From NCBI GenBank assembly GCA_052055015.1, contig JBQJIT010000014.1: a DNA stretch of 64,000 nucleotides, one strand, 5' to 3'. The notes beneath the pieces are model-generated. The model searched no databases, was not told where the DNA came from, and saw only the letters and a list, made by a program, of their open reading frames with translations. Of this stretch, positions 43,466 to 55,301 are shown in pieces (position 1 is the stretch's first letter; each line of letters begins with the position of its first letter). This stretch comes from Malassezia furfur. Taxonomy: Eukaryota. The position numbers were made by a program, and so were the translations under genes.

Positions 43466-44668
43466 ATGCATGGAAGGACGAGCGAAACGCGCCGTCCACG
43501 ACCTGCAGCCTATACGCAAGGCACGCGAGTCGACGTCCGCGGTATCCATTCGCGAGATCCGGCCTTTGATGACTTGTATGTGGCATCCTGACACAGTTAC
43601 CATGCATTTGTCGGATCGCAGCGAAGAAGCGTAACGCCAGCATCGCGGCACGCGTCGCCGACCGCTAGCACGAGTGCAGACACGTCCGTTCCCATGCACT
43701 CAACCCCGGTACGCGCTCCCCCACCGGTGCAGCCAGCTGCGGCGCGGCGTGAGCCCGTGCCGCCGATGCCCCTTCCTCCGCCCAAACGACCCCGCGGACG
43801 GCCGCGCAAATTCCCCGTGAAGTCGTCGACGTCGCAGTCCACGCCGCAGCTTGAGTATGACCGGTCGACGCCCAGTGCATCCCCTAGCATGCAGGAGCAT
43901 GCAAATCCAAGGCCCGCGCCGTCGTCTACGTCGCCGCCGAACAGTACATTACCGCCAGCAGGCGACGTCTTTGACGACCCTCCCACGTCGCGCGCCTCGC
44001 CCACACTGTCTGATACCGCTGCGCCCAAGCGCAAGCGCGGAAGACCGCGAAAATACCCCTACGATGCGAATAAAGAGGCTGCGCGTGCCGCGGCCAAGGC
44101 GGCCGCTTCTATCACACCCTGGCGGCGGATAGCGATGATCGAGCGGCCGCCGGTGTACCCAGAAACGCACGTCATGATACCCATGCGTCGCGCGCCGACT
44201 CGCTCGCTCTGGGACTCGCCGCAAAAGACCCAGGCGGCGCCACAGCCAAGCTGGATGTACTACGAGCGCCCTGTACGGCAAGACTTGATCGGTAAGCGGC
44301 CTGACCAGCGTGCGCCTGAGCCGCTGCCGCCGGCGCCTGTGGGACGGCGCGGCCGTACGCGTGTAGATTACCCCGAGCTCGCGCATTGGCAGCTTGCATG
44401 CCGCGCGCGGGGCGAGCGGCTCGACCCCCGCGCGCTATGGGCGATCTGTGTCGAGCGCTGGCGACAGACAAACGGCGTGCGCCTCTCGGAGGAGCCCGCA
44501 CCGAGCGAGGACCACGCGCCGGACACGCTGGGCGATGAACCGTCTTCGCCTGCACCGCTGGGCACCGAGATATCTGCAGCGCCTGTACGTATGCCAGAAG
44601 AAACGCCGCGTGCGGCCGATGCCCACACAACGCAAGACGCCGCTGCATCGTCCCAGGCCGCTGCATGA
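43466..44668 (+). CDS. AT-hook DNA-binding protein
   Basis: Two AT-hooks (KRPRGRPRK, KRKRGRPRK). A probable exon 1 from ATG 43466 is joined by a 21-nt intron at 43576-43596. Confidence 0.7.
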
Positions 44669-44706
44669 CAGTTTAATGTGTGATGCATTCCTCTAGTACC
44701 TTGTAT

Positions 44707-45951
44707 TTATAGTCGAATCCGATGGAAAATGCGAAAGAGAGAGATCTGCGTGAGGGTAGCACGTACCATAAAAACAAAGAGGTATACCACCACCGAGATG
44801 AACACGACACAGATGAGAGCAATTTGCAGGTCACAGATCGTGCCTTTCGCATCCGGGTGGGTGAGAGTAACGCCAAACCGGCTCGCATGCGAGTAAAAGG
44901 GCGATTTGGGGCTGACGCACACCACGTTGGAAGTAAAGTAGTTGTCCATCGACAGCGACAGCTCCGCAGACCACAGACAGATGAAGACGAGTTCGAGCGC
45001 CGTATACCAAAGCTTTGAACTGAGCTTCCAAAGACCGATGGGCCGGCTCCGATACTCGATCCAGATCTGGGTCAATGCATACACGATCGCCGGCGGCGAG
45101 AAGATAATGGCGGCCAGGGGACTCACACCCACCGACATCTCTGCATCGTTGTTCACTAGCTGCTTGCGCAGGCGCACACCAATTCCCAGTGTCGCCGAAA
45201 GCACACCCACATTCAGTGCACGGCACAGCAGCGGCACAAACACGTTGCGGAGCATAAACATACGCACACGGTAGCGACGGCGCTGCACGCGGGTCAGATT
45301 CGCAGTCTTTTCCTCGCTGAGCCCGGCGATGGGGATGATTGGTTGCGCCGAACCTGCACCAATCGTCTCGTCAAACTGCCATGGCTGATTCCAGGCGTCT
45401 TGCGACGAGAGGTGCATCGTCAGCGCTGCCTTCGCCTCGGTGTCTTGGGGGTGAACATCGATGCGTCCCTCGCGCGCAGCAACGGCGGCCCAGCCAACCG
45501 TGTCGTGCATGCCTTGGTGCGGTACATCGGGTGCCTCACTCACCGATTCCACCTGTGGACGCGGCGCGACATGCTCGTCTTCCCGCTCGGCGTCGTGATC
45601 CGGCCGCTTGATCGGTTTGTAGTAGCGATGCGCGATCTGCTCCTGCAGGTTGTGCCAGTACATAACTTCGGCATGACTGTAGTTCGCATGGATGGGCAGC
45701 ATCGAGCCAGTCACCTCGGTGCGGAACGGCTGCAGGAGCTGTGAGGGACTCGTGTCGCGCAGCTCGTCTGGGACCGGTCGCACGTCGCCCAGGACCGGCT
45801 GGAGACGCATGCGCACGGGGTTCCCTGAGTACATCGGCGAAACCGCCGGTTCTGCTCCCTCCGTGGTCGATCCATGGCGCGAATGGGTCCCGCTGGGACC
45901 TTCGCCGAGTCGCAGTGGGGACACTGGCGCCCGCGTCGGCGTCTGGGCCAT
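44707..45951 (-). CDS. Regulator of phospholipase D Srf1-like membrane protein
   Basis: C-terminal four-TM region LRNVFVPLLCR...IEYRSRPIGLW...ELVFICLWSAELSL...ICDLQ. 21-nt intron at 44746-44766. Confidence 0.75.
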   Translation of the reverse strand: MAQTPTRAPVSPLRLGEGPSGTHSRHGSTTEGAEPAVSPMYSGNPVRMRLQPVLGDVRPVPDELRDTSPSQLLQPFRTEVTGSMLPIHANYSHAEVMYWHNLQEQIAHRYYKPIKRPDHDAEREDEHVAPRPQVESVSEAPDVPHQGMHDTVGWAAVAAREGRIDVHPQDTEAKAALTMHLSSQDAWNQPWQFDETIGAGSAQPIIPIAGLSEEKTANLTRVQRRRYRVRMFMLRNVFVPLLCRALNVGVLSATLGIGVRLRKQLVNNDAEMSVGVSPLAAIIFSPPAIVYALTQIWIEYRSRPIGLWKLSSKLWYTALELVFICLWSAELSLSMDNYFTSNVVCVSPKSPFYSHASRFGVTLTHPDAKGTICDLQIALICVVFISVVVYLFVFMVRATLTQISLFRIFHRIRL

Positions 45952-45977
45952 GGAGGGTTTCGATCGGGGCGATCGGG

Positions 45978-47184
45978 CTACGACCAACCACTCAGTTCTA
46001 CGACAAATGCCATGCTGAGGCGCACGAAGCGCAGCAGGTGCGGGAACGAAAACTCGGGCGCACTCGCCACGTCCTGGGAGGTATGGATGCGCTGCTGGTT
46101 GCAAAGCTCGAACGGCGCCTCGATCGCAAACGCGCTCTCATAGCCCGCACGACGCCAGCTCGCATGGTCGCTGCCGCCGTAGCCAAGCTGGGTGCGTTTA
46201 GGCGGGATGTCGAGGTAGGCACGTACGAGGCGCTCGACATAGTCAGTGAGCGCCGGTGAGACATAGTCGGTCACGATGCCCACCGACTCCTCGGTGCCTT
46301 GGCGTACAAACGCCGTCATGTCCTGCTGCAACATCGCACGGACCTTGACGCCCTCTTCTTCATAGCGCTCCGCGACCGCCTGGGAGCCCAGCAGGCCGCC
46401 CTCTTCGCCCGAGTACCAGTGTACCTCGACACTAGACTCGGGCTGCCAGCCGTCCGCCGCGAGCGCACGCAACGCCTCAAGAAGCGTCACTGTGCCGCTG
46501 CCGTCGTCGTCGGCGCCGGGCGAGCGAAGGAAGGAGATAAAATTGGTACTGTCAAGGTGCGCACCGAGAATTACCAGGCCACGCTCGCGGGTCAGCTGCG
46601 CATCCGAACCCGGGATGTGCAACAGGATGCTCCGCTGCGCCCACGGGTGCTCAAATTCGCGCACCGTCGCATTGGGGTGCAGCTGAGCCGCAAGCGCCTC
46701 GACCTGCTCGAACAGCCACTTTTGGCTTCTGCGCCCCGACTCACTGCGATAATAGCGAGTAAAGAACGACGTAAACTTGTCGAGATCCGCGCGCGGACCA
46801 CGCTCGCTCACCTGCTTAAACGCGGAGCGCAGCTGTTTTTCGTAGTGGACGGTATCCGGGAACGAAGCCTTGGACGCAGTGACGCGCATGGCATTCTTGG
46901 CGCCCAGGTTCGGGTAGTCTGTGATGTCCATAAACGTCTTGTGCTGCCAACGCAGCCACCACTTGTCCCACTCGGAGGCACGCACCTGCGTGTGGTCGTC
47001 GACTGCGTCAGCATCGCAACGTACGTTGGAGAACGCGATCGCGGCGCATCGATGGCCACCAAGTTGCACCAGGAAGCGTCTCCTGTGCGTCAGACGACAG
47101 CGCAAACACCTGTTGTTCGCCCACGGGTGCCGCAGTGGCCACGGCCGCGGCCGCCGCGGCGCTGATCCACCACCCCAGACGCAT
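45978..47184 (-). CDS. LAP1: Secreted leucine aminopeptidase (M28 family)
   Basis: Signal peptide MRLGWWISAAAAAAVATA and a 22-nt intron at 47003-47024. Motifs FMDITD, GAHLDS, PGADDDGSG, GEEGGLLGS, QQDMT, SDHASW and IHT..D. Confidence 0.92.
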
Positions 47185-47234
47185 CGGTCAATTGATAACG
47201 TAAGCGTGGCTTTTTTTTCTTGCTTGGTGTCTTG

Positions 47235-50200
47235 ATGAAGCGCAGCAAGGCGAGTGCGCCCAGCGACGCAGCGCCATCTGCAAAACGCAAGGCGGACGAC
47301 GCAGGGAATGTGCGGCGCAAGACGGCTGAGAACGGTGCCTCGAAGCGTATGCGCACCGAATCGACGCCCGTCGCGCCGCACCTCGCGTCGCGACCGCAGC
47401 TCGAAGCGTTCCCCCGTGGCGGCGGGACGGGCCTGACCCCTGCCGAGTTCCGCCAGACGCTGCTCGAGGGCAGGCGCGAGACTGCAGCGAGAGACGACCT
47501 CTTTGCCGAGTCGAGCAGGAAGCCGTCGCAGGCTAAGGGTAAGAAGAGCAAGGCACCGCGCGCGGCGTCGGCGCCGTCGGAGCCCAAGGAGAAGACGCGC
47601 GTCGAAATGCTCAACTACAAGCGATTGATCCCCGGAACCAAAATGCTGTGCAACGTGCTTGCCGTGCATCCTTTGGCGCTTGTTGTGTCGATGTGCGATC
47701 AGCTGCTGGGCCATATCCCTGTTACATCGGTCAGCGCACGGCTCACCGACCGGCTGCAGCGCGCCCTCGATGAGGAAGAGGGCGAGGTGGAAGACGAGGT
47801 GGATGCGCCCGAGCACGACCAGTCTCCTCCGGAGCTGCGTGACATTTACGAAGTGGGCCAGTGGGTGATGGCCAGCGTGGAATCCGTCACGCCGCCCAAC
47901 GCCAAGCGCCAGTGGGGCATGGGCCGCGAGGGCGGCGAGTATGAGCGCGAGAGCCAGCGTGTGCAGTTGTCAATGGAGCCGAGCAAGGTGAACGCGGGTG
48001 TGCGTGTTGGCGACCTGAGCAGCGGCTTTTTGCTGCCTGCTGCTGTGGCCTCGCACGAAGACCACGGATATGCACTCGACTTTGGCATCGACGTGCACGG
48101 TTTCCTGCCGCTCGACCAGGCCAAAGTGCCGCTACGCCTTGGCCAAGTAATCCTCGTGGCGGTCGACACGGTCGCAAGCAACGGCCGCCTCGTGCGGTGC
48201 ATGTGGCCGAACGATGTGCCGCGGCAACTCCAGGTGCCCCCCAGCCAGTCGGCGCTGCTGCCCGGTGCATGCGTGCGTGCGCTGGTGACGTCGAGCACGC
48301 CGCACGGTCTGGGCGTCAAGCTGTTTGGTATGCTCGACGGCACCGTCGACAATGCGCACCTGCCGCTCGCGGCGCGCGAAGACCCCGCAGCGGTCGATGT
48401 CGGGAAAAAGGTGATGCTGCGCGTGTTGTGGAATATGCCCGCAGATGCATACGAGGCACTTGCCGGTGACGATGCCGTCGGTGCGCGCCGCATCGGCCTA
48501 AGCGGTGCGCCGCATATCCTCGCGCTGCGTGCGCCGCTCGCGGATGGGCGCACGCTGCCCGATGCATTCCCGATCGGTACCAAGGTCGAGGCGCGCGTCG
48601 TGCGTGTGGCGAGCGAGTGGGGCCTGCTGTGTGACGTGCAAGGCGAGGACGTGCAAGGATTTGTTCACATTTCGCGTGTGGCCGACGAGCACATTGATGC
48701 GCTCACGCCGAACGCGGGCCCGTACAAGGTCGGCTCGGTGCACAAGGCGCGCGTCGTCGGCCACGCCATGACCGACCGTGTGCTGCAGCTGAGTCTGCAG
48801 CCGAGCGTGCTTGCGAAAGACTTTATGCGCGTGAGCGACGTGCCGCTCGGTAGCGTGGTGCGCGCGAGCGTGCGCCGCGTGACGCCCAAGGCAATCTTCT
48901 TGCGCCTGAGCGGCAACGTGGACGGCGTTGTGTTCCCGCTGCACTACAGCGACGTGCACCTCAAGCACCCCGAGAAGAAGTACAAGCCGAACCTGGAGCT
49001 CAACGCCAAGGTGATCCACACGGACCCCGGCCAGAACCGCATCGTGCTCTCGCTGAAGCGCTCTCTGATCGAGTCGGAGTTGCCGTTCGTGGCGACGATG
49101 CACGATGCGCGTGTCGGTGTGGTGACGCACGCCGTGGTGATCAAGCACCTCCAAAAGAGTTTCCTAGTCGAGCTGGGCGGCACAGTGCGTGCGGTTGTAC
49201 CCTTCACCGAGGCGTCCGAGTCGGCACTGAATGCGCGCCAACTCGACGAGCTGTACCCCCCCGGCAAGGTCGTCAAGGTGCGCCTCACGCACGTCGAGCC
49301 GGACACGGGCCGCATCGTGGCGAGCGTGCGCCAGGCCACGACCGCGTTCCTCGAAAAGCTCAACGTGGATACGGTCGAGGTCGGCGAGCAAATCGCGGCG
49401 CGTGTTGCGGCAGTGCGTGATGACGTGGTGATCCTCGTCGTAGAGCCCGCTGGGACGCGTGCGCTGCTGGCGCTGGCGAGCTTGGCGCGCCTGCGCAAAA
49501 CGACGGTCGCAACACTCCGCGAGGAGCTGGCGAACGGCGAACTGATCGAGGGGCTCTACGTCCTCAACAAGATCCCCGAGAAGGGCCTTGTGATCCTGGG
49601 CGACCATGCACCGAACGCCAAGGCGAAGCTCGTGGCCGGTGCACAGGCGACGGGCAAGGTAGCCGAGGTGCACGAGAAGCAGCTCTTTGCGATCGTGCAG
49701 CTGCCTGGCTGCCGCGCACGACTGCACCTCACCGAGACCGCTGACGACTTGAGCCAGGCGGTACTCCCCGAGGTCGGCGCCAACGTCACTGCGACCGTTC
49801 TCGACGTGCGCCGCAGCGGTCGCGACGCGGACCTGTCGACGCGTGTGTCGCGCGTTGATGAGCACATCGAGCCGGTCGACCCGGTGGTTGACAGCGCTGC
49901 GGCGCTGCAAGTGGGCGCCCAGCTGCGTGGCTTCGTCAAGGCCATCACCGACAAGGGTGTGTACGTCTCGCTGGGCCGCCACACGGATGCGCGTGTGATG
50001 ATCAAGGAACTATTTGACGAGTACATCAAGGACTTCCGGAGCAAGTTCCAGGTCGGCCAGCTCGTCCGTGGTGTGGTGCTGAGCGTCGATGGCGACAAGG
50101 TTGAATTCTCGCTCAAGGCGTCGCGCCTTGCGCCTGCGGCGTCGGCGAAGCGTATCACTTCGACGCGCATTCGTGATTACCACCCTGGAGACAAGGTGGA

Positions 50201-50711
50201 TGCAGTAATCCGCGGCACGGCAGAGTACGGCGTGTTTGTGCAGATTGCGGGCACCGACATCAGCGGTCTCGCGCACAAGAGCGAGTTGAGCGACAACCCC
50301 AACGCGGACGCCGTGCGTGCCTTTGACGTGGGCGACCGCGTCAAAGCCGTCGTGCTCAAGGTGGATGCCGACAAGGGCCGCATCTCGTTTGGACTGAAGC
50401 CGTCGTACTTTGACGAGGCGGACTACGACGCGATGGACGATGACGACGAGGACGACGAGGACGACGTCGACCGCGCGTTGGATGCCGACGATGACGAAGA
50501 GGAGGACGACGAGGAGGACGACGAGGATGAGGTGGATGACGACGAAGACGAAGACGAGGTCGACGAAGACGACGACGACGACCTCGATGGAGAGATCGAT
50601 ACGGCCAAGCTTCTGGACGATGAAGCCGAAGTGAGCGATGACGATGAAGAGGAGAGTGAGGAAGAGGACGAGGACGAGGACGAAGATGACGATGACGATG
50701 GCTTCATCAAT

Positions 50712-50743
<32 letters not shown>

Positions 50744-51794
50744 TGAAGATGAGGATGAAGATGAGGACCAGGGCCGCGATGCGGCATCTGATGCGTCTGA
50801 ATCCGAGTCCGACGACGCTTCGCCTGCCCGGCCCAGCATGTCGCTGCAGGATGGCATCCGTTGGGATGCGTCTGCGCCTATGGGCATGGAGGAGGACTCG
50901 AGTGACGACGAAGAGGCGGCGCCGAAGCGGCGCACGGGTGCCAAAGTCAGTGAGGACATCACGGCCGACTTGGACACCAAGAAGCTGGAGTCGTCGACCG
51001 ACTTTGAGCGCCTGCTCCTCGGCTCGCCCAACAGCTCCTACCTCTGGATCCAGTTCATGGGCTTCCATCTGCAGCTCGGTGACGTCGACAAGGCGCGACA
51101 GGTCGCCCGGCGTGCGATCCAGACGATCAACTACCGCGAGGAGCAGGAGAAGCTCAACGTGTGGATCGCGCTGATGAACCTCGAGAACATGTACGGCACG
51201 CCCGACACGCTCTCTTCTGTCTTCCGCGAGGCAACCCAGATGAACAACCCCCTGGAGGTGCATCTGCGCCTGATCTCGATCTACGAGCAGTCCGGCAAGG
51301 TCGATGAGGCCGCCGAACTGTTCCGTCGCGCTGCGAAGAAGTTTGGGTTCAGCACGGATGTGTGGGTGCAATGGTACCAGTTCTACCTGCGCCACAACCG
51401 GCCGGACGATGCGCACGCCCTCGTGCCGCGCAGCCTGCAGAGTCTCGAGCGCCGCAAGCACATCAAGGCGCTCACGGCGTATACCCTGTCGGAGTACAAA
51501 ATGGGCGACGTCGAGCATGCACGGACGCTGTTCGAGACGCTCGTGGAGCGGTACCCCAAGCGCCTGGACCTGTGGTGGCAGTACATCGACCAGGAAGCCC
51601 GGCTCGAGAACATCTCGGGTGTGCGCATGCTGATGGAGCGCGCCATGACCTCGCGCCACAACTCCACGAAGCAGACCAAGGCGCTGCTGCAGAAGTGGCT
51701 CGTGCTCGAGAAGCGCATCGGCGACGCACGTGGTGTGCAAGCCGTGCTCGACCGCGCGCGTGCGTTCGTCGCAGAGGTGCAGGGCAGTTCGTAG
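47235..51794 (+). CDS. RRP5: rRNA biogenesis protein Rrp5 (S1 repeats + HAT/TPR)
   Basis: FPRGGG..LTP N-terminal motif, multiple S1 domains, then DFERLLLGSPNSSYLWIQFM and REEQEKLNVWIA. Confidence 0.96.
50431..50770 (+). repeat. GAC/GAG/GAT low-complexity tract encoding the Asp/Glu linker of Rrp5
   Basis: Runs such as gacgaggacgaggacgag and gatgaagatgaggatgaag. Confidence 0.85.
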
Positions 51795-51936
51795 AAATCA
51801 TGCTAGCTTCACCCATTGTGCAACGGATAGGACAGGCCGGGCTCGGTACGCAACAACCGCGCCGCGCGCCCCGCCGAGCCTCGGAAGCGGGCCGCGGGCC
51901 GCCGCAGGGTGCTTCGCCACTCTCCTTTCTACGTTA

Positions 51937-54900
51937 CTACAGGTCGTCCTCCGTCGCATGGTAGCCCGCGCGGCGCATCGCGCCGAGCACGCGACGCGCC
52001 TGCATGAGCTCCTTCTCGAGCTTGAGCACCTCGACCTGCTGCTCCATCTCGCGCACCTTGAATTCGTGCGTCGGCATCCGCGAGTAGTCCATGTCACCCG
52101 TGTCGGACTGCCGGTCGGTGATGGTGCGCACCTGGCGCACCAGGGCGCGGCACGCGTCCGTCACCGCCTTGGCCGCACGCTCCAGGCGGTCCTGCGTTTT
52201 GGACATGAACTCGGCCTTGACGCGCGACGCCGCAACGAGCTGCACCGTCGCGGCGCTCACCTCGTTCGACGCGACGATCAGCTGCTCGAGGCTGTGCGAG
52301 CCCATGATGACACCGTCGGCGGCCTCGATGAGCATGGTCGATGCAAAGGCAACCGCACGTGCCGCCGAGATCAGGCCCTCGGTCCAGCGGTTGTGCTTCT
52401 TGTAGAACTGCTGCACGGTGCTCGTGCCGCGCCCGCGGGCCACAATCTCTTCCTGGCTCTCGGTTGCGGCGCGGATCAGGCCGCCGATGGCACGCATGAT
52501 GGCGAGCGCCGCCTCGAGGATCGTGTCGTGCACCTGCAGCTCGGTGGTCGAGAAGCGCGAGCCCGACTTTTCGCGCGAAAGCAGCGCCTGGAGCCGCTGC
52601 GTGGCCTGCTCGATGGTGTGCGCAGCACCGAGCATCTCGCGCTCTACCATGTCACCAATGTCGCCGCTCGCCTTGATCTGCTGCCCGGCGGCGATGAGCG
52701 ACTGCGCGGCGTCGGCGAGGCGCCCAAACGCCTGGTTCGCCTGCACGTTTTGTTGCGTCGCCACGTTGGCACGCTGCGCCGGGCTCATGCCGGCCAGGCG
52801 GAAGGACTGCAGGTTGAGGAACACACGCAGCAGCACGCCGCCGACATCGATGCCGAGGTTCGTGAGCCGCTCCATCGAGTCCTCGTCACGGGCGAAGCGC
52901 AGGATGCCCTTGTACGACGTGAGCGTCTCGGCAGCAGCCTGTGCGAGCTGGTTGGCGGTGCGGATCACATCGACGTGGTCGCCGCCCGCCTGCTGCTCGA
53001 GGTGCAGCGAAAAGACGGCGGCAAACTCGTTCGCGGACGCCTGGCCCTTTTCGATCATCGACAGGACGTACTCGGGCGTCGCGGCGGTGTTGCCCGAGGC
53101 GGTCGGCGCCTCGAGGCCGTACAGCGCCTCGTCGATCTTGTCCGCGCACGCCTGCAGGATCGAGTCGATGATCGTACTGAGCTTCTTGGCGTTGTCAAGG
53201 ATCACCGTGTCGATCTGCGCGTTGACTGCGTCGTCGTTCACGCCGCGGTCGAGGCGCAGGTCGTTCAGCTCGCGGATCGTCGAGTCCATGCCCTCCTGCA
53301 CGATGAGCAGCTCGGCGTCCTTCGCCTCCAGCTGGCCCTTGTGCGAGCGCAGCTCCTCCTCGAGCTCGGCGATCTGCGCATTCATGCGCGACATGATCTG
53401 CGACACCTCCGAGCCGCGAGCCTGTGCTGCGTCCTCGGCGCGCTCCTCGGCAAAGCGCAGCTCGCGCTTGAGGCGCTCCACCTCCTCCTTCTGGCCGCCG
53501 CGCAGCCGGTCAAGCTCGAGCCGTGCACGGTCGCGCTCGCGGATCATGTCGGACAGCTCGAGGTTCTTGGCCTTGACATCGCGCTCCATGCGCTCCATCT
53601 TGTTGATCGACTCCTGCGCGCTGCCTGCCTTCAGCTGCACCTGCTTGTACTTGGCGAGCAGGTCGAGGTGCTCCTTGCGCAGCTGCGAGTAGAGCTTCGC
53701 CAGTGCCTCGTACTTGCTGCGCCACGTCTCGGCCTGCTCCTGCAGCTGGGCCACCATCTCGTCCTTGGACGCCATCTGTGCGGATGTATTCGCATTGATC
53801 GCCGCCAGCTCCGTCTCGAGCTGGCGCACACGCCCGTCGTACTGTTGGAGCATCAGCTGGTCCCGCTCGTACTGTCCGCGCATCAGGAGCAGCTCACGCT
53901 CCATCTCGGCAACCCGGCCGTGGATGTGGTTCATCTGCTGCGACCGCATCAGCTGCTCCTGCGCCGCGCGCTGCTGCTCGGCCTGCTCGGCCTGCTGCGC
54001 CTGGAACGCGCGCTCCTGCTCGGCGGCACGCTCCATCAGGCGCCGCTGCTCGGCGGCCTCCGACTCCTTAAGCGCACGCTGCTTGTCCTCGTACTCTTTG
54101 AGCATGCGCGCCTGCTGGTCGATCTCGTCCTGCGTCGCCGTCGGCTCGGCGGGCGGCGGCGTCTCTGCGCGCGGCGCCTCGCGCGGCGGGAGCGCCGGCA
54201 CGTCCGGCGGCGGGGCAAGCAGACTCGGCGGATCGGTGTTGAGCTTGGGCACATTGATCAGGCTCGTGAGGAACTTGAGCGACGCACACTCAAAGTAGAA
54301 GCGGCGCAGCTCGTGGTGCTGCTCGTTGTAGCGCCCACGCAGCGGCTCGAGCGCATCCATCGCATCCATGCGGCGGTGCATCGCACGGAGCATCGACGTG
54401 AGGAACTTGTAGATGCCGTACGACTCCTTCACAAGTGGCACCAGCGACGAAATCTGGCACTCGTTGTTCACGCGGCCCTGCAGCGACGAGAACACCTGCT
54501 TCTGGAAGCGCTCAATCCGATCCTGCAGGTTCATCAGCTCAATGATCGTCTCGTAGCCCTCGTCGGGGTTATCAATGTTCTTCAGCGAGATGTACTCCTC
54601 GTACTCAAACAGGCCGTTGAATTCCTTGTGGATGCGGTGGAAGCGCAGCTTCGCATTGATGAATGACACGTACGCAGAGATCAGTGTGCCATAGCCACGG
54701 CGCACCGAGTTGCCCGACATACGCGCGCACGTATCAAGCCAGTTGCTTTGCGACTGCGCCTCGCGCAGGACAATCGGGTGGCCCTCCTGGAGCACCTTGT
54801 GCACCAGGATCAGCGCCTTGAACGTCTGTACTTCATCGTTCAGGATGGGCAGCACACGCAGACCCGACCACACCGACAGGGACGACTTGTGGTCCCAGGT

Positions 54901-55076
54901 GTACACAATGCATTCTGCGTGAGCCAGCGCGACGTACTCCGGACATGCTTTTGCTTCGGCGCAGTCTCTTCAGGGCTCGTCGCCTTTTTCAGATGCACCA
55001 CGAGCTCCTGCTCGGTCTTGTCGCGATCAAAGGGGCGCGTCGCGCTACCCAGCAGCTGATCGGCGTACCGCGACAT
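51937..55076 (-). CDS. SLA2: Endocytic adaptor Sla2/End4 (ANTH, coiled coil, I/LWEQ)
   Basis: KKATSPEETAPKQKHVRKCIVYTWDH after removing a 23-nt intron at 54915-54937. C-terminal FYKKHNRWTEGLISAA...LVAASRVKA talin-like domain. Confidence 0.96.
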
Positions 55077-55168
55077 CACAGCGGCGCTCTTCCAACCTCC
55101 GCGCACGCGCACTCCACCGGTGGCGGGTCGTGCGCAAGCTGACTAAGCAAACGGGACCGGGCGGGGGG

Positions 55169-55177
55169 AAAAAGAAA
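55169..55177 (-). terminator. Pol III terminator of the tRNA gene
   Basis: TTTCTTTTT immediately 3' of the tRNA on the minus strand. Confidence 0.7.
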
Positions 55178-55260
55178 TGACCAAGGTGGGGATCGAACCC
55201 ACGAATAACGGCGTGAAAGGCAACCTAAAGCCGTCGCAGTAACCACTTTGCTACTCGGCC
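55178..55260 (-). tRNA. tRNA with UAG anticodon (putative tRNA-Leu), 10-nt intron, short variable loop
   Basis: Cloverleaf: GGCCGAG TA GCA AAGTGGTTAC TGC G ACGGC TTTAGG[TTGCCTTTCA]C GCCGT TATTC GTGGG TTCGATC CCCAC CTTGGTC A. A and B boxes are intact. Confidence 0.85.
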
Positions 55261-55301
55261 GCAAGATCCCTGCTACGGTCGGAAGGAACGCGTTTTGGAG
55301 T

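Noticed and set aside
45978..47816. 612-aa ORF as the full aminopeptidase
   Set aside because: Its N-terminal part is antisense to RRP5. A spliced model from ATG 47184 gives a proper signal peptide.
50423..51031. Poly-Ser minus-strand and Thr/Arg-rich alternative-frame ORFs
   Set aside because: By-products of the Asp/Glu codon tract in RRP5.
51730..54666. 978-aa plus-strand ORF, and similar long antisense ORFs over RRP5, SEC3, arrestin and SKI2
   Set aside because: Shadows of well-conserved genes on the other strand.
55178..55260. CUG/CUA codon reassignment suggested by the odd tRNA
   Set aside because: Conserved Leu positions use CTG (RPB2 KGLVRQQ) and CTA (AAT1 SGLEV), and the tRNA has no G3:U70 Ala determinant. 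There is no support from this window.
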